Source: Alistipes sp. (lineage in GTDB: Bacteria > Bacteroidota > Bacteroidia > Bacteroidales > Rikenellaceae). From it: a stretch of 64,000 nucleotides of DNA. Below are positions 1 to 8,764 of the stretch, piece by piece (position 1 is the stretch's first letter; every line of letters begins with the position of its first letter). Location: NCBI GenBank assembly GCA_045646685.1, contig JAZRLD010000069.1, forward strand, positions 136 through 64,135. Reading direction: 5' to 3'. The notes under the pieces are model-generated. The model ran no database searches. It was not told the origin of the DNA and was given only the letters and a program-made list of their open reading frames with translations. A program made the translations under genes and the position numbers.

Positions 1-132
1 ACACACGACGAGCCCGAGGGCAACCTCTACCTGATGTGTGGACCTCCGATGATGGCATCGGCTGTCGTAAATATGCTCGACGGTCTTGGTGTTCCCGCGG
101 AGAACATCCTCTTCGATAACTTTGGTGCTTAA
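1..132 (+). CDS. nqrF: Na+-translocating NADH:quinone reductase subunit F, C-terminal fragment (runs off window start)
   Basis: Frame 1 reads [43 protein letters not shown], matching the NqrF C-terminus (YxCGPPMM...LGV..ENI..D.FG). Confidence 0.85.
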   Translation, partial: THDEPEGNLYLMCGPPMMASAVVNMLDGLGVPAENILFDNFGA

Positions 133-150
133 TCCAAATTTCGATAAACG

Positions 151-181
151 AATCCCTGCCTTTTCGGGCGGGGATTTTTTT
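151..181 (+). terminator. Intrinsic terminator after nqrF
   Basis: GC-rich hairpin atccctgcc / ggcggggat followed by a T-run. Confidence 0.75.
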
Positions 182-371
182 GTACCTTATATTATTCCTT
201 ACTCTTTATTTGTTCTCTTCTTGCTCTTTTTTGGGTATCTTGTGTGGAGTGAAATTAGGGCTAAATAACGCCTCTTTCGTGGCCTTTGAGGAATGATATT
301 CACTTTGTGTTTGATGGTTTAATAAGCTTGTTATTTGTGGTATTGCAGAGCCGCGTGTGGTAGGTGTAGAT

Positions 372-413
372 AAAATAAAAAAGAGCGTGTCTAACAATCA
401 TAGACACGCTCTT
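372..413 (-). terminator. Intrinsic terminator of the NigD-like gene
   Basis: Perfect inverted repeat aagagcgtgtcta (381-393) / tagacacgctctt (401-413) with an A-run on the left. Confidence 0.75.
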
Positions 414-435
414 AATCGTATTGTTATATTCTCTA

Positions 436-1173
436 TTACTGCTGTGCGAATTCGAGAGTATAGACCTTTACATCGTCGCTCTGATATGAAGGGTAGATAA
501 TCTTGATACCCTTGTAGAAGGTCTGAAGCTTGCCGATACCCAACTCCTTCTCGTCAATCTTTACACAGAAGTGTGTAGATGCCTGATGAACTGCACCATC
601 ATCGCCAGCATCGTGATATGCCTCAAGCCACAAATAGTCGTCCTGTACGTAGTAATCCTTGTAGATGCTATTCTCGCTAAGGTTGCGTACGAGCTTAACG
701 GTGTGCTTAGTGCTTGCATCGCTGAAAGGTATGGTGACAGACATTGTCATAAAGTTGCGTGCGGGAGAGAAGTATCCATCAATAATATCCATCTTTGCGG
801 TGTAATCCTTCAAACCATTCTCCTTTGTGAAATCCTCCTCAGTAACATTACTCAAACGGCTAACAGATACGGGCTGGTATGCCGTAATGTTTACAACCTT
901 GTCATAGCCGGGCTCTACGAGGTCTGTCTCGGTGTAGTAAACGATGTAACGCAACTCCTTCCACTCGTCAGTAAATGAGGGTGTCCAATCCTTATAGTTC
1001 TCAACTGTTGCTGTTACGCCATCGTCAAATACGAGGTAGTAGGGGATATCCCACGAGCCCTCAACAACTGTGAGGAATGTTGAGTAGGTGGTTTTTGTGT
1101 TGTTCTCGTTACAAGATGTGCCGAATGTGATTGCGGCAATCATCATTAAAGCAATTTTCAAAAGATGTTTCAT
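436..1173 (-). CDS. NigD-like lipoprotein
   Basis: Lipoprotein signal (AAITFGTSC); YYLVFDDG and YLWLEAYHDAGDD segments resemble NigD N- and C-terminal domains; TATCTTTG promoter at 1215-1222. Confidence 0.7.
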   Translation of the reverse strand: MKHLLKIALMMIAAITFGTSCNENNTKTTYSTFLTVVEGSWDIPYYLVFDDGVTATVENYKDWTPSFTDEWKELRYIVYYTETDLVEPGYDKVVNITAYQPVSVSRLSNVTEEDFTKENGLKDYTAKMDIIDGYFSPARNFMTMSVTIPFSDASTKHTVKLVRNLSENSIYKDYYVQDDYLWLEAYHDAGDDGAVHQASTHFCVKIDEKELGIGKLQTFYKGIKIIYPSYQSDDVKVYTLEFAQQ

Positions 1174-1333
1174 ATTTACTTACTTTAGTTATTCTCTTTT
1201 TATAAAACCAAACGCAAAGATACGCAAAATATTATACGAAATACCTCTTTTGGATTCTTTTTATCTCGAAACTGCGCTCCTCCACACAAAGAAACAGCCC
1301 ATTCTGCCGAAGAATGAGCTGTTGTCGAAAATA

Positions 1334-3403
1334 TTACTTGTCGTAAACCATTACGTTGACCGAGCCGATGAAGTTGCCGCCAGTTATCTCTTGCAGTCTT
1401 TCATCGCTTAAATCTCGCCTTATGGGTGCTGTTACAATGCCGTTTTCGTCCTGCATACAGAAATCGACAGCTATGCAGTATAGGCCTCCTGTTTGCGTAA
1501 TGTCCTGCGAAACATTTGTGTCTCTTACCAACTCCCATCCGCGAGAGTTTGCAATTGCTCGTGTAACCTCGGCTGCGAGAATATCGTCAGCAGGTGCTAT
1601 GATTTCGATATTGCAGGGCAGGGCATTTTCGTCAATGGTGAAGTGAGCCGCAACACGTCCCACGCTCTTTGACTTCTGCGCTAACTTGGGATAGCGTAGT
1701 GTCTGCTGCATATACTTCTTGAATTCCTCGGCGGCATCTCCGCCATTGAATGTGGTTTTTGTTATTATATTCGTTAAACGTCTGAGGTAATCATCCTTTT
1801 CAAGCGAGAAGTTGATTGTCATATAACACTTCATTCTTGTCGGCTCGCCACTCTGCATTGCGGGAGTCCACTTGAGTGGTGCAGCATTTATAGCGCGTAT
1901 AACCTCATCCGTAAGCGATATATCGGGCGATTTGGTTACATTGATATTCGACAGCGAAGCATCGGCCTCCACGATAAATTCTACAGTAACATTTCCGTGA
2001 GCTTTCTTTCTGATTGCATCAGAGGGGTATTTTACGGTAGATTGGATGTAATTGCGGAACTTATTTACATTACCTCCATCGTAAAGCACCGCCTGCTCAA
2101 CCTTTACGAATTGCGCTTCTCCTTCTGCCAAAGGGCGAGGTGTGCCGCCAAGCGATTTTTCGGTCTGCGCGATAGCTTTGTTGGCGTTGTTGTCATATCT
2201 CTCAGCTAATCTGTGCTCCGAAATGTCGTAGTTGAAGATATTAGCGCCGATAATGTATTGTGGAACAACGTCCATCGTAACGTTTACAGTAGCTTTGTCG
2301 GCCTTGTTATCCACCGAGATACTCTTTACTGCGTGGCCCACATAGTTGATACTTAAATCCTTTACCGAGCCGTTCTTAACATCTGCACGACCATTCTCGT
2401 CGGTGGGGTAGCCGCGACCATCGGGCATAAGCACAATGGCGCCCTTCATCGGTTTGCCTTGTGTGTCGGTTACTCTTACCTCCAACAGTTTCTTGTCGGG
2501 AGTCTGGTTTGACGTGTCGATATACTGTGTCGCCTTGGCTGTGAAGGAGAAGGCGCACAACAATCCTGCAAGCATCGGCACGATGGCCAATGTGCGGAGC
2601 AGAGCGTATCTGCTCGAAGTTTTGCGTGTCATCATTTTGAATCGTTTTTGGGTTAATGAATCTCTCAGGCCGTTGGCAATGTCCGGACTGTAACCAAGCA
2701 GGCTTTTGAGAATTGTTTGTATGTATATGCTTACATCATAACCACTTTTGAGTACATCGGCATCGGCCTCATACTCGTGTACCTCCATCAGGTGGCGGCG
2801 TGCAATCCACGAAAAGGGATTCCACCACATTAGCGAGCACAGTAGCTCCATTGCGACGCGCTCGATGGAGTGGTTGTGGCGTATGTGACTACATTCGTGT
2901 ATCATTATCGACTCTACGTCGTGGTCCGTGCTATCACGGCCGACGTATATCGTCCCGAAAAACGAGAATGATGAGATATTCTCCGCCGAACGTATAATGC
3001 GAGGATTCGATTGACGAATAATCTCGCCACGACTCGCAAGATGTGATATTCTGCGGAGCTGAATGGCCATCAATGTGAGAGATATTGCTACACCCAGCAC
3101 ATATATACCCCATACTATGGGGCGAAGGTCAATGCTTCGGGGTACTTCCATTTCGATGGTGGTCATCTCAATGTGTGCAGTCTCCGCGGGGAGCATATTG
3201 GTTTGGCTCTGGATATATACCACCTCGGCCTCCCATACGGGAATATCCAGCAGGGGGATAATTGCCGAGATAATCAACGCAGCGGGCAGATATATTCGGC
3301 AGATGCGAAAATCTACTCGTTGCTCCATAAGTATCTTATACAGCAGCAACATAATGCCGCTACACGCAATACTCTCCAAAGCGTATGTAGCCAACTCTCT
3401 CAT
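1334..3403 (-). CDS. M56 (BlaR1-like) membrane metallopeptidase fused to a carboxypeptidase-regulatory-like domain and two TonB C-terminal domains
   Basis: N-terminal TM helices, HECSH zinc motif, WWNP, EVHEYEAD; two YP...G.V...F.(V/I) TonB_C-type repeats; directly downstream of blaI. Confidence 0.85.
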   Translation of the reverse strand: MRELATYALESIACSGIMLLLYKILMEQRVDFRICRIYLPAALIISAIIPLLDIPVWEAEVVYIQSQTNMLPAETAHIEMTTIEMEVPRSIDLRPIVWGIYVLGVAISLTLMAIQLRRISHLASRGEIIRQSNPRIIRSAENISSFSFFGTIYVGRDSTDHDVESIMIHECSHIRHNHSIERVAMELLCSLMWWNPFSWIARRHLMEVHEYEADADVLKSGYDVSIYIQTILKSLLGYSPDIANGLRDSLTQKRFKMMTRKTSSRYALLRTLAIVPMLAGLLCAFSFTAKATQYIDTSNQTPDKKLLEVRVTDTQGKPMKGAIVLMPDGRGYPTDENGRADVKNGSVKDLSINYVGHAVKSISVDNKADKATVNVTMDVVPQYIIGANIFNYDISEHRLAERYDNNANKAIAQTEKSLGGTPRPLAEGEAQFVKVEQAVLYDGGNVNKFRNYIQSTVKYPSDAIRKKAHGNVTVEFIVEADASLSNINVTKSPDISLTDEVIRAINAAPLKWTPAMQSGEPTRMKCYMTINFSLEKDDYLRRLTNIITKTTFNGGDAAEEFKKYMQQTLRYPKLAQKSKSVGRVAAHFTIDENALPCNIEIIAPADDILAAEVTRAIANSRGWELVRDTNVSQDITQTGGLYCIAVDFCMQDENGIVTAPIRRDLSDERLQEITGGNFIGSVNVMVYDK

Positions 3404-3414
3404 ATTTTCGGTTG

Positions 3415-3789
3415 TTACTGTTTCTTTATCTTCTCGATAATTTCATAAATTTGGTCAAGCTCCTGCACCGATAGGTTCTCGTGCTTTGAGAAGAACGATA
3501 CCATATTTGATACCGAGCCGTCGAAATAGGAGTGTAGCATATTCTTCGCGATGCTCTTGGCGTACTCCTCGCGCTCAACAGTGGGGGTGTATAAGTAGCC
3601 GCGGCCTTTTGCCTCGCGGGCTATGAAGCCTTTGTTCTCCAAAATCTTGAAGAATGTTGCAACGGTTGTGTACTTGGGCTTGGGCTCTGCCATAAGTTCG
3701 ATAACATCGTTGATTGTTCCGTTACCCAATCTCCAGAGGATTTGCATAATCTCCTCTTCGCCTCTTGTAAGTTCGTTCTGATTTCTCAT
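3415..3789 (-). CDS. BlaI/MecI/CopY family transcriptional repressor
   Basis: LTRGEEEIMQILW...YTTVATFFKILENKGFI...YFDGS winged-helix signature. Confidence 0.9.
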   Translation of the reverse strand: MRNQNELTRGEEEIMQILWRLGNGTINDVIELMAEPKPKYTTVATFFKILENKGFIAREAKGRGYLYTPTVEREEYAKSIAKNMLHSYFDGSVSNMVSFFSKHENLSVQELDQIYEIIEKIKKQ

Positions 3790-3819
3790 TTTAATACCGG
3801 TATTAGTTTTACATCAATG

Positions 3820-3924
3820 TTTTGTCTAAATATTTAGTAGGAATAATCTCTTTCTCGGATTATCTACTGCAAATATACAACTAAAATATTAGAAACAAAG
3901 TGTTTTTGTCTAAATTTTTAGTAG
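3820..3924. promoter_or_regulatory. Putative BlaI operators (CTAA-N4-TTAG palindromes) around the blaI promoter
   Basis: ttttgtctaaatatttagtag (3820-3840) and ttttgtctaaatttttagtag (3904-3924) are 20/21 identical; a third site ctaaaatattag (3881-3892) lies beside the minus-strand -7 box TATATTTG (3870-3877). Confidence 0.65.
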
Positions 3925-4012
3925 AATAATGGCGAAAATCATAAAAGCCTCTCGGATACATATATTTATTACATATTTGCACTTCTCGTCCGAAAATCGT
4001 ATATTTGTTGCT

Positions 4013-4600
4013 ATGAAAAACATTGTATTCGATTTAGGACGAGTGGTCTTTGCTCAAGATCCAGCAAAAAGTACAGAGCACGCCAAGCAATTCTTCTCTT
4101 ACGTGTCGCAGTCGCCTATGCCTCAGTTTTGGGTTGATTACGATTTGGGAGTTTCGTCGCTCGATAGGGTAGCTGAGGAGTTGGCTCAGTATCGTGGCGT
4201 GGAGAGCGAATATGCTCGAGATATGATATTGCAGGCTATCGGCCGTCAGGAGACTATCGCCCCAACGGCAGCGTTGATTCACGATTTGAAGGCGGCAGGG
4301 TATAAGTTGTATGTGTTGTCGAATATGTCTCGCGAGTTTATTGATTTCTTGAGAGGCAAGGATGTCTATTCCTATTTCGATGGCGATGTCGTGTCGTGCG
4401 AGGTGGGAGTTGTGAAGCCTATGCCGCATATATATGATATTCTGCTCGAACGCTTTGAGCTCGATCCGAGCCAGACGCTATTTATTGACGACCGCAAGGA
4501 GAATGTCGAGGCAGCTGAGGCTAAGGGAATTAGCACGTTTCATTTCGACCGCAACGACTATGAGGGCAGTTGTGTGAAGTTGCGCGAGATGTTGCTATAG
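4013..4600 (+). CDS. HAD-superfamily phosphatase (YihX-like)
   Basis: MKNIVFDLGRV (motif I), LSN, KP, FIDD; start moved to ATG 4013, behind promoter TTTG-N20-TATATTTG (3976-4007). Confidence 0.85.
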   Translation: MKNIVFDLGRVVFAQDPAKSTEHAKQFFSYVSQSPMPQFWVDYDLGVSSLDRVAEELAQYRGVESEYARDMILQAIGRQETIAPTAALIHDLKAAGYKLYVLSNMSREFIDFLRGKDVYSYFDGDVVSCEVGVVKPMPHIYDILLERFELDPSQTLFIDDRKENVEAAEAKGISTFHFDRNDYEGSCVKLREMLL

Positions 4601-4680
4601 GCGAATTGTGATTTTTGCAAAAATATGCTATCTTTGCGGGTGTTAAACAGAACATTTTAACGGATAAAAAGGATAATATT

Positions 4681-5115
4681 ATGGGATTTTTGAAAGAATT
4701 TAAGGAGTTTGCCGTTAAGGGTAACGTGATGGATATGGCTGTCGGTGTTATCATTGGTGGTGCATTCGGTAAGATTGTAACTTCGTTGGTAAACGATGTA
4801 ATTATGCCCCCGATTGGTTTGATCGTTGGTGGTGTTGATTTCTCGGATATGAAACTTACAATGAAGGAGGCTGTGATGGATGCTGCTGGTGCTGTTGTAA
4901 CACCCGCTGTAACCTGGAACTATGGTGCATTTATTCAGCAGATTGTTGATTTTACCATTTTGGCATTCTGCGTATTCTTGATGGTGAAGGTTATGAATTC
5001 ACTCAACAAGAAGAAGGAGGAGCCCGCACCTGCGCCTGCTCCCGCACCCGAGCCAGAGCCTACTGCAGAGGAGAAGCTCTTGACTGAGATTCGCGACTTG
5101 CTCAAGAATAAATAA
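4681..5115 (+). CDS. mscL: Large-conductance mechanosensitive channel
   Basis: [33 protein letters not shown]...LLTEIRDLL. Confidence 0.97.
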   Translation: MGFLKEFKEFAVKGNVMDMAVGVIIGGAFGKIVTSLVNDVIMPPIGLIVGGVDFSDMKLTMKEAVMDAAGAVVTPAVTWNYGAFIQQIVDFTILAFCVFLMVKVMNSLNKKKEEPAPAPAPAPEPEPTAEEKLLTEIRDLLKNK

Positions 5116-5161
5116 AAGTGCCCAATCTTTGAGAACAACTTTATCGGGTAGATATAATATG

Positions 5162-5192
5162 AAAAGGTGTCCATTCTCCGGACACCTTTTTT
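5162..5192. terminator. Bidirectional terminator between mscL and the C-GCAxxG-C-C gene
   Basis: aaaaggtgtcc / ggacacctttt inverted repeat between convergent genes. Confidence 0.75.
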
Positions 5193-5655
5193 ATTCCATT
5201 GCATTTATCTTCTCGCCAACGATGCGAGCCGCGATAGCAACGTACTCGGCACAGGGACGTCGTTTGTAGTATTCGCCCGTGCGGGGTGATGGGGTAGGAT
5301 CGTCCTTTTGTTGAGCAAGTCCCAATAGCTCGCGGCAGACGATAGAGCCATTCTCCGCGCGAAACTCCTCGGCTAATGCCTGCACGGTAGCATAACAATT
5401 CTTCTTGTTCTCGTTGTCGTTGGGCTGCGAGTTGGGGGCTATGAATCCTGCCACCATTGTCATACCGCTAACGGCGCCGCATACCTCGCGCAAGCGTCCC
5501 ATACCGCCACCAAAAGGCGCAGATATTGTCGCGGCCAGCACATCATCTATGCCTGTTATATCTTGGTAGGCAAGAAATACCGACTGTGCGCAATTATATC
5601 CTGACGTAAAATATTCGCGTGCCTGCTCGGCGCGCTCCTGTGGATTAACTTTCAT
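5191..5655 (-). CDS. C-GCAxxG-C-C family putative redox protein
   Basis: GYNCAQSV, FGGGMG...VCGAVSG, SIVCRELLG, RPC motifs. Confidence 0.9.
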   Translation of the reverse strand: MKVNPQERAEQAREYFTSGYNCAQSVFLAYQDITGIDDVLAATISAPFGGGMGRLREVCGAVSGMTMVAGFIAPNSQPNDNENKKNCYATVQALAEEFRAENGSIVCRELLGLAQQKDDPTPSPRTGEYYKRRPCAEYVAIAARIVGEKINAME

Positions 5656-5751
5656 CGTAAAGAGTTTTTTATGTTTTATGCAAATTTAGTGATTTATTCG
5701 TAACATTTACTGAATTCTGCGTATCTTTGTAATAAATATAAATTTATTATT

Positions 5752-8751
5752 ATGCCCGTTAACGCATACCTTACAATTGAAAATCAGGTGCAGCACAAAT
5801 TTATGCAGCACCGAATACATAAAATCTTGCTGGTTTGCTGCCCTTACGATGGTTATATTCTTGAGGAGGATGGCCATATCGAGTCGCAGATTAACCGCGA
5901 GTATATGGAACTCAATATGAGTAATCCACCCTCGCTTACGCGTGTGGAGTCAACTACGGAGGCTCTCGAGTTGCTTTCGCACCGCAACGACTTTGACTTT
6001 GTGCTTACAACGTACAATGTGGGTGAGCCCAATGTATTCGACTTTGCTCGCGAGGTGAAGAAGCTAAACCCAGAGTTGCCCGTTGTGCTGCTGACAAGTT
6101 TCTCAAAGGAGATATATCGTCAGATTGACGAGGAGCAGTGCACGGCAATAGATAATATCTTCTGCTGGCACGGAAATACCGACCTGATTATCGCCATTAT
6201 CAAGTTGATGGAGGATAAACTCAATGCTGAGAACGATATTATTGATGGCGGTGTGCAGGCTATCTTGCTGGTGGAGGACTCTATACGCTTTTATTCGACC
6301 TATCTACCTGAGCTGTACAAACTTATACTTTTGCAGAACAGCGGTTTCTTGAAGGATGCATACAACGAGCAGCAGCAGATTAGCCGTAAGCGTGCCCGCC
6401 CGAAAGTATTGCTTGCGACGAACTACGAGGATGCGATAAATATCTACAACCGATATAAGAAGAATCTGTTGGGTGTTATCTCCGACGTCGGTCTGTTGTT
6501 GAAGCAGGGCGATAGCTCGGAAGATGAGAAGATTGATGCAGGTATCGAGATTTGCAAGATGATTAAGAACGAAACTCCTTGGATGCCCGTTCTGTTGCAG
6601 TCTTCGCAGGATAACCTCAGCAAAACAGCCGCAGAGTTGGGCGCAGGTTTTATCTCTAAATCATCAAAGACACTCTTGCAGGAGTTGCAGGATGTTGTGT
6701 TGCGCGAGTTTGGTTTCGGCGAGTTTGTCTTCCGTGATCTTGAGACGGGTGATGTTGTGGGCCGTGCGCGCGACTTGTCGCAGATGCAGGAGCTTATCTC
6801 TACGGTGCCCGACGATGTTTTGGAGTACCATCTCTCGCAGATGCACCTCTCGAAGTGGCTCTATGCACGTGGTCTGTTCCCGTTAGCTCGCGTGTTGCGT
6901 AATATAAATAGTAGCCACTTTACCTCTACGGCAGAGCACCGCGCTGCGCTGGTGTCGCTCTTTAAGGATTACCGTACGATGCTCGGTCAGGGACTTGTGG
7001 CGCAGTTTGACGAAGAGACATATAGCGACGCCATCGGTTTTGCTCGCTTGGGTGAGGGTTCTATCGGAGGTAAGGCGCGAGGCTTGGCCTTTATGAACTC
7101 TATGCTGGCCAAGTATAACCACTATTACAAATACCCCAACGTGCGAATTATGATTCCGCGCTCGCTGGTTATCGCTACCGATTATTTCGATCAGTTTATG
7201 CGAATCAACGGCTTGAATTATATCATTTCGCGCGACTTGGCCGATGATGATATCTTGTCGGAGTTCCTGAACTCGGTATTGCCGCTGGATTTGTATCAGA
7301 AGTTGAAGATGTTTATCTCTACTTGTAAGAAACCGTTGGCTATCCGTTCGTCATCGAAGCTGGAGGATTCTCATTATCAGCCCTTTGCTGGTATATATTC
7401 GACATATATGATTCCTCGTTGTGAGGATGACGACCAGATGTTGCGTATGCTTGTGCGTGCCGTTAAGAGTGTCTATGCGTCGGTATTCTTCGCATCGTCG
7501 AAGGCATATATTCAGTCGTCGCAGAATCTTTTGTCGGAGGAGAAGATGGCCGTACTTATTCAGGAGGTATGCGGTACGGAGCAGAATGGATATTTCTTCC
7601 CGACGTTGTCGGGTGTGGCTCGCTCGCAGAATCTCTATCCTATTGGCTACGAGAAGGCCGAGGAGGGCGTTTGTAACATCGTGATGGGATTGGGTAAGGC
7701 CGTTGTGGATGGCGGTAAGAGTTTGCGATTCTCACCCGCATATCCCGATAAGGCGTTGCAGACATCAACGCTTGAGCTTACGGTGCAGGATGCGCAGACC
7801 GAGGTTATGGCACTGAGTATGAATCCCGACAGTTTCCGTTCTTCGACAGACGATGCTGTAAATATTGAGAAGATACCCGTGTCGCGTATCAACGATTTCC
7901 GTAATGCAAAGTATGCTTGCTCGTATTACGACTATCTGAATAGCCGCATTAGTGAGAGTCCTACGTTGTCGCGCTATTTCCGTGTCATTACGTTTAACCG
8001 TATATTGAAATATGGCTCATTCCCATTGGCTGATATTATCCGTGATATGTTGCGTATGGGCGAGGAGGAGATGCGTTGCCCCGTGGAGATAGAGTTTGCG
8101 GTAAATATGGATGTGCCTATGGGTGAGATGCAGGTATTTAATCTGTTGCAGATTCGACCTATTATCCGCAACGAAGAGAGTGCAAAGCTGGATTGGTCGC
8201 AGATTGATACTGCGGGTGCTGTTGTCTATTCGCAGAATGCGTTGGGCGTAGGTCTTATGCGCGATATACGCCGCGTGGTGTATATGAAGTTTGATAAGTT
8301 CTCGTCGCTCTATACGCAGGAAATAGCTTCGGAGTTGTATGAGATAAACCGCCGTATGCGCGATGATAATCAGGAGTATGTACTCATCGGTACGGGCCGT
8401 TGGGGTTCGTCGGATCCCAATCTTGGTGTCCCCGTTAAGTGGGCGCATATCTCGCAGGCGAGGGTTATTGTCGAGGCGGCGCTACCTAACTTCAATATTG
8501 AGGCGAGTCAAGGTACTCACTTCTTCCAGAATGTAACCTCGTTAGGCGTTGGTTATCTGTCGTTGGATCCTTCGCACGGCGATGGCACGCTCGATGTGGA
8601 GCAGTTGGATGCTATGCCAGCGTGGTTTGATGGCAAGTATCTGCGTTGCGTGGAGTACGATGAGCCGTTGTATATCTACGTTGACGGACAGTCGAAGAAG
8701 GGTATTGTAAAGCGTGCAGAGGAGAAAAAAGAGGAGAAAAAAGAGGAGTAA
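5752..8751 (+). CDS. PEP-synthase/pyruvate-phosphate-dikinase nucleotide-binding-domain protein with N-terminal receiver-like domains
   Basis: IGGKARGL, AIRSSSKLED, FAGIYST, EIEFAV, LLQIRPI ATP-grasp motifs; N-terminal ILLV../LLT and ILLVEDS receiver-like segments. Confidence 0.85.
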   Translation: MPVNAYLTIENQVQHKFMQHRIHKILLVCCPYDGYILEEDGHIESQINREYMELNMSNPPSLTRVESTTEALELLSHRNDFDFVLTTYNVGEPNVFDFAREVKKLNPELPVVLLTSFSKEIYRQIDEEQCTAIDNIFCWHGNTDLIIAIIKLMEDKLNAENDIIDGGVQAILLVEDSIRFYSTYLPELYKLILLQNSGFLKDAYNEQQQISRKRARPKVLLATNYEDAINIYNRYKKNLLGVISDVGLLLKQGDSSEDEKIDAGIEICKMIKNETPWMPVLLQSSQDNLSKTAAELGAGFISKSSKTLLQELQDVVLREFGFGEFVFRDLETGDVVGRARDLSQMQELISTVPDDVLEYHLSQMHLSKWLYARGLFPLARVLRNINSSHFTSTAEHRAALVSLFKDYRTMLGQGLVAQFDEETYSDAIGFARLGEGSIGGKARGLAFMNSMLAKYNHYYKYPNVRIMIPRSLVIATDYFDQFMRINGLNYIISRDLADDDILSEFLNSVLPLDLYQKLKMFISTCKKPLAIRSSSKLEDSHYQPFAGIYSTYMIPRCEDDDQMLRMLVRAVKSVYASVFFASSKAYIQSSQNLLSEEKMAVLIQEVCGTEQNGYFFPTLSGVARSQNLYPIGYEKAEEGVCNIVMGLGKAVVDGGKSLRFSPAYPDKALQTSTLELTVQDAQTEVMALSMNPDSFRSSTDDAVNIEKIPVSRINDFRNAKYACSYYDYLNSRISESPTLSRYFRVITFNRILKYGSFPLADIIRDMLRMGEEEMRCPVEIEFAVNMDVPMGEMQVFNLLQIRPIIRNEESAKLDWSQIDTAGAVVYSQNALGVGLMRDIRRVVYMKFDKFSSLYTQEIASELYEINRRMRDDNQEYVLIGTGRWGSSDPNLGVPVKWAHISQARVIVEAALPNFNIEASQGTHFFQNVTSLGVGYLSLDPSHGDGTLDVEQLDAMPAWFDGKYLRCVEYDEPLYIYVDGQSKKGIVKRAEEKKEEKKEE

Positions 8752-8764
8752 ATAATATGAAAAT

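Noticed and set aside
182-370. Short ORFs 86-268 and 206-397 and T-rich intergenic DNA
   Set aside because: They overlap terminators, are low-complexity and have no recognisable motifs; no att or dif site could be supported
5020-5065. [13 protein letters not shown] repeat in mscL
   Set aside because: Ordinary Pro-rich linker found in many MscL proteins
8719-8748. gaggagaaaaaa tandem repeat (EEKKEEKKEE)
   Set aside because: In-frame low-complexity tail at the protein end; no switching effect expected
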